DNA of 64,000 bases from a virus: positions 19,862 through 83,861 of IMG/VR virus record IMGVR_UViG_3300032020_001000. The stretch is one strand, 5' to 3'. Every line of letters begins with the position of its first letter. The stretch's first letter is position 1. Of this stretch, positions 45,636-56,000 are shown piece after piece. The position numbers were made by a program, and so were the translations under genes. The notes below the pieces were generated by a model, which was given only the letters and a program-made list of their open reading frames with translations, was not told where the DNA came from and made no database searches.

Positions 45636-46547
45636 ATGCCCGCAACGATGACTACGCTGGCCGATCTGATCGTCCAGCTGTACAAAGGGCCATGGGTAGA
45701 GGCCCTGTTCACGAACACCTTCCTGCTCACCCGCATCCAGCGCAAGCAAGGGGTGGGTGACGGCATCCGCTGGCCGGTGCGTTACGCCGGCAACGCCTCC
45801 GCTGGCTCCTACGCCGAGGCCGACAGCGCGCTCGGAAGCGGGAACCAGGGGTTCAAGAAAGCCTACCTCGCCTGGAAGCTCAACAAGGTCGAGGTGGAGG
45901 TATCCGGCCTGGCGCAGGCCGTCGGTGATGCTGGCGGCATGATCGTGCCCGCGCTGCGCACCGAGCTTGATCTGGGCCTGGCAGACCTGCGGGGCAACAT
46001 CAACACGCAACTGATGGGCGATGGGACCGGCAACTCGAACAAGGATATCACCGGCCTGCTGGCCGCGATCTCCGATGCCGGCACCACCTATGCCGGCATC
46101 GACCGCGCTTCCTTCACCTGGTGGAAAGCATACGTCAACGCCAACGGCGGCACCCCGCGGAACGTGAGCGAGGCGCTGATCCGCACTGTCAAGTCGACGG
46201 TGGAGGGGCGAGGAGGCCGCGTGACCGCGATCTACACTGGCTCCGCCCAGTGGTACAAGTATGGCGACTTGCTGCGCAGCGAGCGACGCCAGCAGACCCC
46301 AGGCACCCTGACCGGCGGATACCAGACCCTCGACTTCGAGGGGGCCCCCATGATCAAGGTGCCCGGATATCCGGCCGGCCGCATGGATTTCGTGGACGAG
46401 GAATTGCTTGAGTACGACGTCCTCACCGACTTTGCCGCGAAGCCCATGGCGAAGGTCAAGGACTCCGACCAGATCTGGATCACCCACTACAGCCAGCTGG
46501 TCTGCCGGAATCCCTACCGCATGGGCAGCCTGCAAGACCTGGCCTAG
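45636..46547 (+). CDS. major capsid protein
   Basis: 303 aa; GDGTGN..KDITGL, YAGIDR...WW, GYQTLDFEG; position. Confidence 0.85.
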   Translation: MPATMTTLADLIVQLYKGPWVEALFTNTFLLTRIQRKQGVGDGIRWPVRYAGNASAGSYAEADSALGSGNQGFKKAYLAWKLNKVEVEVSGLAQAVGDAGGMIVPALRTELDLGLADLRGNINTQLMGDGTGNSNKDITGLLAAISDAGTTYAGIDRASFTWWKAYVNANGGTPRNVSEALIRTVKSTVEGRGGRVTAIYTGSAQWYKYGDLLRSERRQQTPGTLTGGYQTLDFEGAPMIKVPGYPAGRMDFVDEELLEYDVLTDFAAKPMAKVKDSDQIWITHYSQLVCRNPYRMGSLQDLA

Positions 46548-46588
46548 TCGGCTGGCTGGCCGATCGGCTTAGAAGGAGGAGAATCACC

Positions 46589-47323
46589 ATGCCAATCGAC
46601 GAGGCAACAAAGGCGAGGCTGAACACCCTCACCTGTCCCAACCTCACGGACGTGGCGCTGGGCACCATCGTCCAGGACCTGCAGAATGGCATCGTCGCCG
46701 GCCACGTGGACAATGTCGGCATCGAGATCGGGGCCGGCAACACGGTGCAGCTCAAGAATGGCGGCGTGGCCATCGCGAAGATCGCAGATGACGCGGTGAC
46801 GAAGGCCAAGGTGGCGGCTGACGTGGCCGGCGCCGGGCTGGGTCAGAATGTCGACGGCTCCCTCGAAGCGAAGGTCGATGCCTCGACCATTGAGATCGCC
46901 ACCGATACTCTGCAGGTCAAGGCCGGCGGCATTGCGCCAGCGCATCTGGCAGCCGACATTGCCCTGACCATTCGCCATCGGGTGACCGTCGCCGAGGTGA
47001 ACGCCGGCCACACTCTGGTCACCCCACCGACTGGCCGCGCACTCCGCCTGGTGGATGTGGCACTGATCGCGATCGGCGGCGGCGCCGCCGGCGCGACCAC
47101 GGTGGACATCCTGGACGGCGCGACCAAGCTGTTGGCGGCGGCCGTGGCCGGGCTCACTCAGTCGGCTCTCCTGCGTGCAGGGGCGACCAATGCCGCCATC
47201 CTCGCGGATGGGGCTTCGTTTGTCGCGCTCGCTGCCAATGCCCCAATTACCATCGGCAAGACCGGGGGCGACCTTTCGGGCTGCACCAACATCGACGTGA
47301 TCCTGACCTACAGCCTCACCTAA
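46589..47323 (+). CDS. head decoration/fibre-like protein
   Basis: IADDAVTKAK and VDASTIEI...LQVK repeats; follows the capsid gene. Confidence 0.6.
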   Translation: MPIDEATKARLNTLTCPNLTDVALGTIVQDLQNGIVAGHVDNVGIEIGAGNTVQLKNGGVAIAKIADDAVTKAKVAADVAGAGLGQNVDGSLEAKVDASTIEIATDTLQVKAGGIAPAHLAADIALTIRHRVTVAEVNAGHTLVTPPTGRALRLVDVALIAIGGGAAGATTVDILDGATKLLAAAVAGLTQSALLRAGATNAAILADGASFVALAANAPITIGKTGGDLSGCTNIDVILTYSLT

Positions 47324-47472
47324 TCGGAGGGCGGAGGATGTAGGCGGCGCTGTGCATGCACAGCGCGGGGTCTGGATCGCGATCGGCACATACGCGCGAT
47401 TCGGGGCCGGCCCTGATCTCGATCAAGGTAAGCCGCGGGCCGGCCCCCCAAATACAGCCACAGGAGGCTGAG

Positions 47473-47856
47473 ATGCGCAGAGAGACTGATGGTGAGGTCC
47501 GAGATGCGGCCGCGACAGAGGACACAGAGGCGACAGCGCAGTCACAGGCAGCACCACCCCAACTGGAGCAGATCCCGCCGGGACATCCAGTAACGCAGCC
47601 ACCCGCGCCGGCGGGACCCGGGAGCCGCCCGTTGACGGCGATGATGGCTCTGCCCGAGCCGCAGCGGACCGACGAGATGGAGCAGGCCGTCCAGGCCGGG
47701 AGAGCCTATACCATCCGCAGCACGACTGGCGATCTGGTCCGAGTGAGCTATGGCCAGCACGTGCTCGAGGTGCCACCCGAGGGCCGGCAGTTCATGGCGC
47801 CGCATGCCATCCATCTGCTGTGGGTGGCGCCCGACCGGGTGGAGGAAGTGGGCTAG
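47473..47856 (+). CDS. hypothetical protein
   Basis: AGGAGG RBS. Confidence 0.6.
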   Translation: MRRETDGEVRDAAATEDTEATAQSQAAPPQLEQIPPGHPVTQPPAPAGPGSRPLTAMMALPEPQRTDEMEQAVQAGRAYTIRSTTGDLVRVSYGQHVLEVPPEGRQFMAPHAIHLLWVAPDRVEEVG

Positions 47857-48456
47857 GTGCCGACTGATCCCATTGAGGCAGAGGTTGGTGGAGCGAGCAG
47901 CAACTCCTACGTGACGTTGGAGGAGGCGGCAGCCTATTTCGCGGCGGGGCTCAACGCCGATGCGTGGGATGCCGCCACCAAGACGAACCAGGAGAAGGCG
48001 CTGCTAACCGCATGCCGGCGCATCGAGGCCTGCCGCATTTCCATCAACCGGCCGCGCTACGAGTATGCCTCCTATGGCGGGCTAGACTACGATCCGCTGG
48101 CGCCATATCAGGCGACGCAGCGGTTGAGCTTTCCCCGCCAGCGCGACCGGGATATGGCCGGCGCCTACATCATCCCGCAAGCCGCGCGGGATGCCCAGTG
48201 CGAGGAGGCGATCGCTCTGCTGGAGCTCGGAAATCAGGATGCGCGTCGGGCGGCGCTGCGGGCTGAGGGAGTGCGTTCGTTCTCCGTTGACGGGCTGAGC
48301 GAGACATACGTCGACGTCGAGCCCGCTAACAGTGGACTGTCCAGTCCAGAGGCGCGAGAGATGATCGCTCCCTACTTGCGGCGCGGCGCCATGATTGCCA
48401 CCAGCGACAGCCCGCAGGGGGAATGGACGCCGGGCACTCGGGGTGGCGCGGGGTGA
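47857..48456 (+). CDS. head-tail adaptor (DnaT-like family)
   Basis: NSYVTLEEAAAYF...QRLSFPR...AQCEEA...SFSV..LSETY. Confidence 0.75.
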   Translation: MPTDPIEAEVGGASSNSYVTLEEAAAYFAAGLNADAWDAATKTNQEKALLTACRRIEACRISINRPRYEYASYGGLDYDPLAPYQATQRLSFPRQRDRDMAGAYIIPQAARDAQCEEAIALLELGNQDARRAALRAEGVRSFSVDGLSETYVDVEPANSGLSSPEAREMIAPYLRRGAMIATSDSPQGEWTPGTRGGAG

Positions 48457-48758
48457 TCAACGATTACCTGGCACAGGATATCTGGCGCAAATCGAGGACG
48501 GGCGTTGACAGTTATGGCCAAGCGACCTTTGGCGCGGTAGTTCAGACGACCGGTCGCTGGTTGGAGAAGCGACGGCTGGTGCGCAACGCCGAGGGCGAGC
48601 AGGTGATCTCGGAAGTCACTGTGACCCTGGGACCTGAGGAAACCTTGGCGGTGGGTGATCAACTCTCCGCTGATGGCGCGGCTTACCTGGATGTCATCGC
48701 TGCCTCCGTCTCTCGTGGGTTGGGCGGCGAGGCGGAGCTGAAGCGGGCCTATCTGTAG
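48453..48758 (+). CDS. head closure protein
   Basis: DSYGQ...LVRNAEGEQVIS; position. Confidence 0.65.
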   Translation: MINDYLAQDIWRKSRTGVDSYGQATFGAVVQTTGRWLEKRRLVRNAEGEQVISEVTVTLGPEETLAVGDQLSADGAAYLDVIAASVSRGLGGEAELKRAYL

Positions 48759-48777
48759 GCCCAGGGAGGACGAGGAG

Positions 48778-48963
48778 ATGAATTGGGGATTGACGCTGAC
48801 GAAGGGCCTGGTGATCGGATGCCTGGCCGCGATTGGCGTGGTGGCCGCCGACATCCAGACCATAGCCCCCTGGTGGGCAGGTCTGGCAGCGCTGGCCGTG
48901 GAGGCCATCCGCGATGTGATCAAGACCCGCTTCGGATCATTCGCGGTCTCAGAATCAGAATGA
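48778..48963 (+). CDS. small two-helix membrane protein (holin-like)
   Basis: Two hydrophobic segments; GAGGAG RBS. Confidence 0.5.
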   Translation: MNWGLTLTKGLVIGCLAAIGVVAADIQTIAPWWAGLAALAVEAIRDVIKTRFGSFAVSESE

Positions 48964-49445
48964 TGAAAGTCAGCATGAGGCTGCGTGGGCTCGAGGAAAC
49001 CTTGCGCGCGATCGGCGTGGGCGGCACGCTCTGGCGGCATGTGATGACGCACGCCACGCAGGGCATGATCGAAAACACCGAGGACCTGCTCGGTCGCGCC
49101 ATGCGCGATGCCCCACTAGACGAGGGAACGCTGCGAGGCAGCGGAAACGCCGCGGTCTACATTCAGGGCAAGGCTGTGGCTCGGAGTGGATTCGCCGAAG
49201 TGGGCGATGAAGCTATCGGCCCTGAGATTCGCCAGATCATTGAGGGCGGCGGCGGCCATAACATCGTTGGCGTGGTGGGATTTAACACGCCATATGCATT
49301 GGCGCAGCACGAGCGCCTGGACTATCAGCATCCGAAGGGGGGCAAGGCCAAGTACCTCGAGGATAACCTGAAAGAGCATGAACGCCAATATCAGGGGAAT
49401 CTCGACAAGCACGTGGCCAAGGCACTGCTCAGATGGCATTACTGA
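48960..49445 (+). CDS. neck protein (HK97 gp10-like)
   Basis: APLDEGTLRGS, FNTPYA..QHE, AKYLE. Confidence 0.75.
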   Translation: MMKVSMRLRGLEETLRAIGVGGTLWRHVMTHATQGMIENTEDLLGRAMRDAPLDEGTLRGSGNAAVYIQGKAVARSGFAEVGDEAIGPEIRQIIEGGGGHNIVGVVGFNTPYALAQHERLDYQHPKGGKAKYLEDNLKEHERQYQGNLDKHVAKALLRWHY

Positions 49446-49831
49446 TCGACGAGCTAGCGCAGTGGCTGGAGGAGATGGAGCAAGGACTGGTTGGGCAGAC
49501 CATCTTCAAGGTGCGACGCCCCCCAGCGCCGGTTGAGTGCATTAGCCTCCATGCAACAGGAGGCTATGCGCCTGACCGTTACACCGAACGCGAGCATCCG
49601 ACGATTATGCTGCAGACCCGCGCGGCATCGCCGGATGGCGCGCTGCAGATGGCCTATCAGCTATTTGCGCTGCTACACCGGAGGCAAGGGGTGGATCTGG
49701 GCGATCTGCACGCGCTGACGATAGAGGCGGCAGGCAGCCCTGGCTACATTGGCACCGAGCAGGCTGCGAATCAGGTGACACATCTGGCGTCGCTGAATAT
49801 CAGGTTCGACCTGCGACAGCCATCCAGTTGA
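49433..49831 (+). CDS. tail terminator/completion protein
   Basis: TGG..P...P.I.L..R, PGYIG; position. Confidence 0.7.
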   Translation: MALLIDELAQWLEEMEQGLVGQTIFKVRRPPAPVECISLHATGGYAPDRYTEREHPTIMLQTRAASPDGALQMAYQLFALLHRRQGVDLGDLHALTIEAAGSPGYIGTEQAANQVTHLASLNIRFDLRQPSS

Positions 49832-49844
49832 GAAAGGAACGAGC

Positions 49845-50984
49845 ATGCCGGCGACAATCGCGAGCGTTGACCCGACCCATGCAAAAGCCGGGGACGCGGG
49901 CATCACCATCATCGGCACGGGGTTCGCGGATGACCCGACCCTGAGCACCGTGTGGTTCCGGCTGCACGGCGAGCAGGCCTGGCTGGATGTGGCGCCAGCC
50001 CGCGTCACTTATGTGTCCGCGACCGAGATCAGCTTCGCCATCGATGCAGCCAACACCGATGGATGGACAGTCGGTGTGCAGGATATTGGGGTCGGCGATT
50101 TCGGGGACACGGAGCCTGACGCCTACCTGGCATCCGCCCTGCTGTACTACGAGGAGGAAGACATGGCAACGACCATCACAGACGTGTACCCAAGCGACGC
50201 GAAAGCCGGGGACGCGGGCATCAGCATCATCGGCACGGGATTTCTGGAGGCGCCGAGCAAATCGGTCGTCCTGTTTCGCGCGCCAGCGGCCGAGACCTGG
50301 GAACTGGTGGCGCCGGCCCGCGTGACCTATGTGTCGGCGACCAAGCTGACCATCGCGATCGATGTGGCCAACACCGATGGATGGAACCTTGGCCTGAACG
50401 ACGTGGGCGTAGCCGATTACACCGAGAGCGTGCCCGATGCCTACCTGGAGGGGGCACTGTTTTTCTACGTCCCCGCCGCGTTCTCGCCTGACGATGTGAT
50501 GAAGGGCGCGCCCGACGCTCTGTACATCGAGGGCCGATTCATGGGCCACACCCACGGCGGACTGACGCTTGCGCACGGGGTCGACACCTCAGAGGTCGAG
50601 GTTGACCAGTCATTGATGCCGCTGCGCATCCTGAAGGCTGGCGAGACATTCGGAGTATCCGTGCCGCTGGCCGAAGTGACGCTCGAGAACATCCGGGCGC
50701 TCTGGGGCATCTCGGCTGCCATCGAGGAATTGGACGCTGACCGCCGCCGGCTGACTTTCGGCGGGGATACCGAGATAGCCGAGGTCCCTGTGATGATCGT
50801 GGTGCCGGCCGGCGCTGGCAAGAAGTGGGCCATCACATTGTACCGCTGCGCCGTGACGAGTCCTGGAGATCTGGTCTGGTCGCGCGATGATCAGGTAGAT
50901 CTGCCGCTCACAATTCAGGTGATGGCGGATACCAGTCGGCCCGCCGGCGACCAAGTCGGCCGCTTCGAAGAGTACGCGGTGTAG
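49845..50984 (+). CDS. major tail tube protein with two N-terminal IPT/Ig-like domains
   Basis: Duplicated AKAGDAGI.IIGTGF...ARVTYVSAT; tube domain GHTHGG...VPLAEVTLEN. Confidence 0.75.
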   Translation: MPATIASVDPTHAKAGDAGITIIGTGFADDPTLSTVWFRLHGEQAWLDVAPARVTYVSATEISFAIDAANTDGWTVGVQDIGVGDFGDTEPDAYLASALLYYEEEDMATTITDVYPSDAKAGDAGISIIGTGFLEAPSKSVVLFRAPAAETWELVAPARVTYVSATKLTIAIDVANTDGWNLGLNDVGVADYTESVPDAYLEGALFFYVPAAFSPDDVMKGAPDALYIEGRFMGHTHGGLTLAHGVDTSEVEVDQSLMPLRILKAGETFGVSVPLAEVTLENIRALWGISAAIEELDADRRRLTFGGDTEIAEVPVMIVVPAGAGKKWAITLYRCAVTSPGDLVWSRDDQVDLPLTIQVMADTSRPAGDQVGRFEEYAV

Positions 50985-51074
50985 CGCGGGGGTGTCCTTG
51001 CGGGCCGGGGGCGCGCCGGCACAGGCGGCCGCTCACGCAGCCGAGATGCGGCCCCGGCCCCGGGGAACGCGACA

Positions 51075-52271
51075 ATGCGACTGTACCTGCGCGATATCGC
51101 CAGCGAGCTCGTTACCGCGCCTGCCGCCAGCGCCACCGAGGATGAGGATGAGGGGCACGCGGGGGATGCGCGCCTGGTCTGCCTCACCTCGTCACGCAGC
51201 AAGGGCGCAGCCGCCGTTCCGGCCGATGCGGTCTGCGCGGCACATCCCGGCGGCGCGCTCGACATGCTGCGTATCTTCCTGTCGCCGGCGCTGGCGGGGC
51301 AGACGTTGGAGGCAGGCGAGCAGTTCACCCTGGCGGGCAGCTTCGATTCGTGCTTCGGTGAGGGCCAGGGCGGCGGCGAGTACGAAGAGGTCTACCTACG
51401 CGTCTTCGCCTACCTATGGCGGCCCGGCCTGGGGTACGTCTGCTCGCTGTTCGGCAACGGGACGAGCCGCAGCGGCATCAATGACCCCAACCCGCAGTGG
51501 GTGGAGCCGTTCGGCCCGACCTGGCAGATAGTCGCGCTGCCTGTGCTCACGGCCGATGTTGAAGTAAGCTTGCGGGACCGCATCGTCGTTGAGGTGTGGT
51601 TTGAGCGCACCGTTACGACCACGACCCAGGCGCGCTTCGCCTTCAATGGGACTAAGGACGACTACGCGGATGGCGAGAATACGCAAGGGACTTCCGCCGG
51701 ATCGTATATCGCGTTCTCGACGGATCTGGCGTTCGCGCCGCTAGGCATCGATCCCGACAATCTCCTGGTTGGCGCGCGCGAACTGCTGGTCGATGGGCTG
51801 AATGTGGGTGCGGTCGTCGGCGGCACGCGGCTGGAGATTCTCGAGCAGGCGGTCGAGCAGCAGCCGGACATGCAGATATCGCCCGAGCGGGTGGACGTGA
51901 TCGGTCGCCGCCTCGTGCTGGTCTGCCAGATGGAGGAGCCCACCATCGAGAACCTGTGCCTGGCATGGGGGCTGCCAGCGGAAGCGGTGGAGATCGACGG
52001 AGATGCCGTGCGGCTGGCCGTTGGCGCGCAGACCGAGCGGCGTGCGCACGAAGTAGTGGTCCGGGGGAATGCGCCCGGCGAGGATTATACGCGCACGATC
52101 AGGCTGCGGCGGGCGACGATCATCGCGCCATCCGGCCATTTCTATTCGCGCCAGGATGCTACCACGTTTGCAGTGCGCTTCCTGGCGCTGGCGGAGCCGG
52201 GGGCCGCGGAACAAATCTTTGTGGAGGTATGGGATGAGCCAGGTCGATTCGAGTTCGAACTCCGGGGGTGA
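51075..52271 (+). CDS. tail protein with C-terminal tube-like domain
   Basis: C-terminal GAVVGG...MEEPTIENL..AWG resembles the preceding tube domain. Confidence 0.6.
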   Translation: MRLYLRDIASELVTAPAASATEDEDEGHAGDARLVCLTSSRSKGAAAVPADAVCAAHPGGALDMLRIFLSPALAGQTLEAGEQFTLAGSFDSCFGEGQGGGEYEEVYLRVFAYLWRPGLGYVCSLFGNGTSRSGINDPNPQWVEPFGPTWQIVALPVLTADVEVSLRDRIVVEVWFERTVTTTTQARFAFNGTKDDYADGENTQGTSAGSYIAFSTDLAFAPLGIDPDNLLVGARELLVDGLNVGAVVGGTRLEILEQAVEQQPDMQISPERVDVIGRRLVLVCQMEEPTIENLCLAWGLPAEAVEIDGDAVRLAVGAQTERRAHEVVVRGNAPGEDYTRTIRLRRATIIAPSGHFYSRQDATTFAVRFLALAEPGAAEQIFVEVWDEPGRFEFELRG

Positions 52272-52791
52272 GAGAGACGAGGCAGCGCTAGACCTCGAGG
52301 TGCTGATGGCCCGCGGCGAGCGCCTGCAGATCGGGCGTCGCACACTGACCATATGCCCCGCCGTGCTGGGGGTTTGGGCCGAACTGGCCGCGCGCTGGGA
52401 GACCGTAGTCACCGGCTGGCTGCGCACGGAGTTTGCCACGCTGGTTCAGGCGGCAATGCAATCGCCGGATATGTTAGAGGCGGCGCTGCCATCCATCGGG
52501 AGGGCGATCAGCCAGGCGCTGGTGTCGGCCCCGGCACAGGCAGCGGACCTGTTTGAGCTGGTCGCCCGGGCAGAGGACGGCACCCCGGTTCCGGCGGACT
52601 GGTTTCTGCGCAATGCGGCGCCGCAAGATGTGATGAGCATGATCGAGATTATCGCGCGTGTCAACCGGTTCGACGATTTTTTCGAGCGAGGAAGGGCCCT
52701 GCCCGGGATGGTGGGCGTTGGGCGGATCTTTGCGATGCCATCCTCAGCGAGTATGGCGGCTACACCCACGAGTCCGTCATCTGGCGCATGA
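52234..52791 (+). CDS. tail assembly chaperone (gpG-like)
   Basis: GGAGGT RBS; before the tape measure gene; contains a slippery heptamer. Confidence 0.7.
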   Translation: MSQVDSSSNSGGERDEAALDLEVLMARGERLQIGRRTLTICPAVLGVWAELAARWETVVTGWLRTEFATLVQAAMQSPDMLEAALPSIGRAISQALVSAPAQAADLFELVARAEDGTPVPADWFLRNAAPQDVMSMIEIIARVNRFDDFFERGRALPGMVGVGRIFAMPSSASMAATPTSPSSGA

Positions 52792-53018
52792 CGCCGATGC
52801 AGATCGAGTTGCTGGTGGGTGCAATCGGCCGGCGGAGGCGGCGCGAAACTCACGAGCAGGCGGTCCTTCTGCGGATGGCGCAGGTGGATGGCAGAGCATT
52901 CGCGCGATTCCTGCGGCAACTCGATCCCGATCATGCGCCTGGTCGGGTGCGGGACATGACCGCAGAGCAGTGGCAAGCCATGGGAGTGAAGATTCGGAGA
53001 GCACCGAGCGATGACTGA
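52677..53018 (+). CDS. -1 frameshift extension of the tail chaperone (gpGT-like)
   Basis: T TTT TTC at 52677-52683; -1 frame open as RARKG...YTHESVIWRMTPMQIELL to 53018. Confidence 0.75.
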   Translation, partial: FFRARKGPARDGGRWADLCDAILSEYGGYTHESVIWRMTPMQIELLVGAIGRRRRRETHEQAVLLRMAQVDGRAFARFLRQLDPDHAPGRVRDMTAEQWQAMGVKIRRAPSDD

Positions 53019-56000
53019 AGTCGGGCGAGTAGAAGTTGCGATCGTAGGCAATGTGCAGGGGCTGGCCGCCTCCTTGAAGACAGTTCAGGGCAAGCTGCTG
53101 GCATTTGGGGGATGGGTGCGGCAGCGTGAGGGCGAGCTGCGGCAGTTAGGGATGATCGCCATGGCCGCCGGCGGGGCGATCAGCGCCGCCATGATTATTG
53201 CGGTACGGGGTGCCACCGAGTTCGAAGCCGAGATGCGCAACGTCAACTCGATCCTCAAAGCGAGCGACACCGCTTTGCGCGACCTCGGGAAATCGGCGCT
53301 AAATCTTGCCGGTAAGACCGGCCAGGCGCCAGCAGTGCTTGCCCGTGGCCTCTACGACATTGCATCCTCCGGCTTCGAAGGCGCGGCGGCCCTCAAAGTG
53401 CTGGAGGCCTCGGCAGTGGCTGCCACCGCCGGAATCAGCGACACCGCCACCGCCAGCCGAGCGATCACCGCCGTGCTCAATGCCTATGGCCTGAGCGCGG
53501 AGAAGGCGACCTGGGTCTCCGACATCCTGTTCAAGACCGTCGAGCGCGGCGTCATTACGTTCCCCGAGCTCGCACAGCAGATCGGCGATGTGATCTCGAC
53601 CGCCGCGCAGGCGAAGATTCCCTTGGAGGAGGTGGGCGCGGCAATCGCCACGCTGACCAGGGCCGGCGTGCAGCCGGCCGAAGCGGTGACCTCGCTCAAC
53701 CAGGTATTGCTGAGCTTCATCCGCCCCAGCGACGAGGCGAAGAAACTCGCCAAAGCCCTGGGCATCGAGCTGAGCGCGACCGCGCTCGCCAGCACAGGGC
53801 TGTCGGGCGTGATGGCAGACCTGGGGCAGGCGCTCGGCACGACGGTTACCGAGTTGGATGCTGCGACGGCGGCGGGCAAGAGCGAGGCCGAGGTCATGGA
53901 GGAGGTGGCCCGCAACGCCGGCACCACCACCGAGCGACTCGCTGAACTGTTCCCCAATGTGCGCGCCTTGCGTGGCGCTCTGGTGCTAGCTGCCGGGGGC
54001 GGGCGCGCCTTCGCTGGCGACGTGACACTCATGGCCAATGCCACCGGCGCCGCTGCCGCCGCGTTCGAGGAGCAGAGCAAAGCGTTTGCGCGAGTATGGG
54101 ATAAACTGAAGGCGAGCCTGCAGGCCCTGGCCATCGAGGTAGGCGATACGTTCCTGCCGATGCTTACCAAATCTACTGCCTCGCTGCGCGATCATGTTCA
54201 GGCGCTACGCGAATGGCGCGAGGGACATGTAGGCGTCAGCGGAGCGATTACGAAAGTGATCGCCGCGATCGGAGCATTCCTGTTCGGCGCAGGCGGCATT
54301 ACGATGCTGCTGATTTGGCTGGCGCGCGCCAAGGAAGCCTTCACGGCGTTGGGTATAGCCGCCTCGACGGCGGGCACGATAATCGCGACCATCAAATTCG
54401 GTGCGGTGGCCGCCGCCGTCTGGTTGCTTATCTATGCCATCCAGCAACTGCGCAAAGATTTCGACCAGTCGGCCCAGGCAGCTCGTGGAGCCGAGCAGGC
54501 ATACATCGACGCGTTCGAGGCGGGCCGCCTAAAGAAGCCGCCGCCAAAAGTCGGAAAGCTTACGCTTGCCGAAGAGAGCCTACTGCCGTTTGCGCGCGTC
54601 ACCCCCAAACGGATGCGCAGCGAAGCGCAGCAGCGGCTTATCGAGAAGGCCGATCGCATCATCGCGCAGCGCAAGGCTCTCGAAGAGTTCCGGCCAGAAC
54701 TTGCGCCGGGATATAAGCCTCCTCCAGGGCCGCCAAAGATACCACCAGCGCCGCCCACACGACGGCCACCGGCACCGGGCGAGGGCAAGGGCGCGGCCGA
54801 AAAGCCTCCCACGCGCGAAGAGGCCGCACAGGCATGGCTCGAGCGCGTCCGCCTCGAAATTGCGGCTGCCGATGCAATCGCAGAGCAGGTCAAGTGGGAG
54901 CGGACGCTTCAGGATACGCTGGCCCGTATCGCTGCCGACGAAAAGTTCTCGCTGGAATTCCGGCTCCGCGCGCAGGGCGAACTGAAGGACATGCGCGAGG
55001 AGGATGCGCGCCGCCAAAAGGAGTTCGCCGAGGGGATGACCGCGGCGTTCGCGCAGATGTGGGAAAATGCGATTCAGACCGATGAGCGGCGCCGCCAAAC
55101 CCTGGGAGAGTTGTTGGCGCAGCAATATGAAATCGCCGCGACAGACGAGATGCGCACGAAGGCCGCAGCGGCCCTGAAGGGCTATCTGGCCGATGAGTTG
55201 CGCCTGGCCGAGGCTGTTGCAGCGCGCACCGCCGAGGGCGACCAGGAACACAGCCTCGCTCTGCTGCGGATATACGACATCAAGAACCAGATCGTCGCTT
55301 TGACCAGCGCCGAATACGAGCGGACGCACCAAATCGTGCAGAACTGGGATGCGGTGCTGGCCAAGCTGGGCAATCTGCGCGATGCCCTGATTGGCGCACA
55401 AAGGGCAGTGGCGGCGGAGGGATCGCTTGCCGCCAGCATGATCGGCGCCCGCAAGCCGCAAGCGCCGACGACGGAAGTCCAGATCAAGCCCAGCGCTTAC
55501 GGCCTGACGACCGAGCCGACAGCGGAAGACGTGGCGATGCGCGAGCGCCTGCTCACGGTGCAATATGAGCTGGCGCAGGGGACGGAACGCGAGGCGAGAG
55601 CGCGGGCCGAGCTGATTGGCCATTTGCAGGGGCAGTTGGCTTATTGGGAGCGCATGGAGGGATACAGCCGGACGGAGGGTGAGCGCGCCGAGGCCCTCGA
55701 ACGGCAAGTGGAGATTCGGCGCCGGCTCGAGAGCATGCAGGTGCGTGAGGTCTCGCTCTGGGACCGCTTGAAAGCGACGGCACAGGCAGCGCTCGATAGC
55801 ATCCGCCAGGGCTTTGAGGACTCGCTTTTCCAGATCATCAGGTATGGCGGGAACCTCAAGGATTTCTGGCAGAGCCTTTGGGACACATTCCTGAAGCTTG
55901 CCATCCATGCGCTCGTGCAATGGGTGATCGAGGAATGGGCCGCGGCGGCGAAGGTGAGGGCGGCAAGGGCATCTGCTGGTGGCGCTGGAGGCGGTGGCAA

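Noticed and set aside
53197-53229. Gapped reading of array unit 3 partly matches the tape measure gene (AVRGATEFE codons)
   Set aside because: Only about 6 of 11 dinucleotides match, which is plausible by chance in 64 kb of GC-rich DNA.
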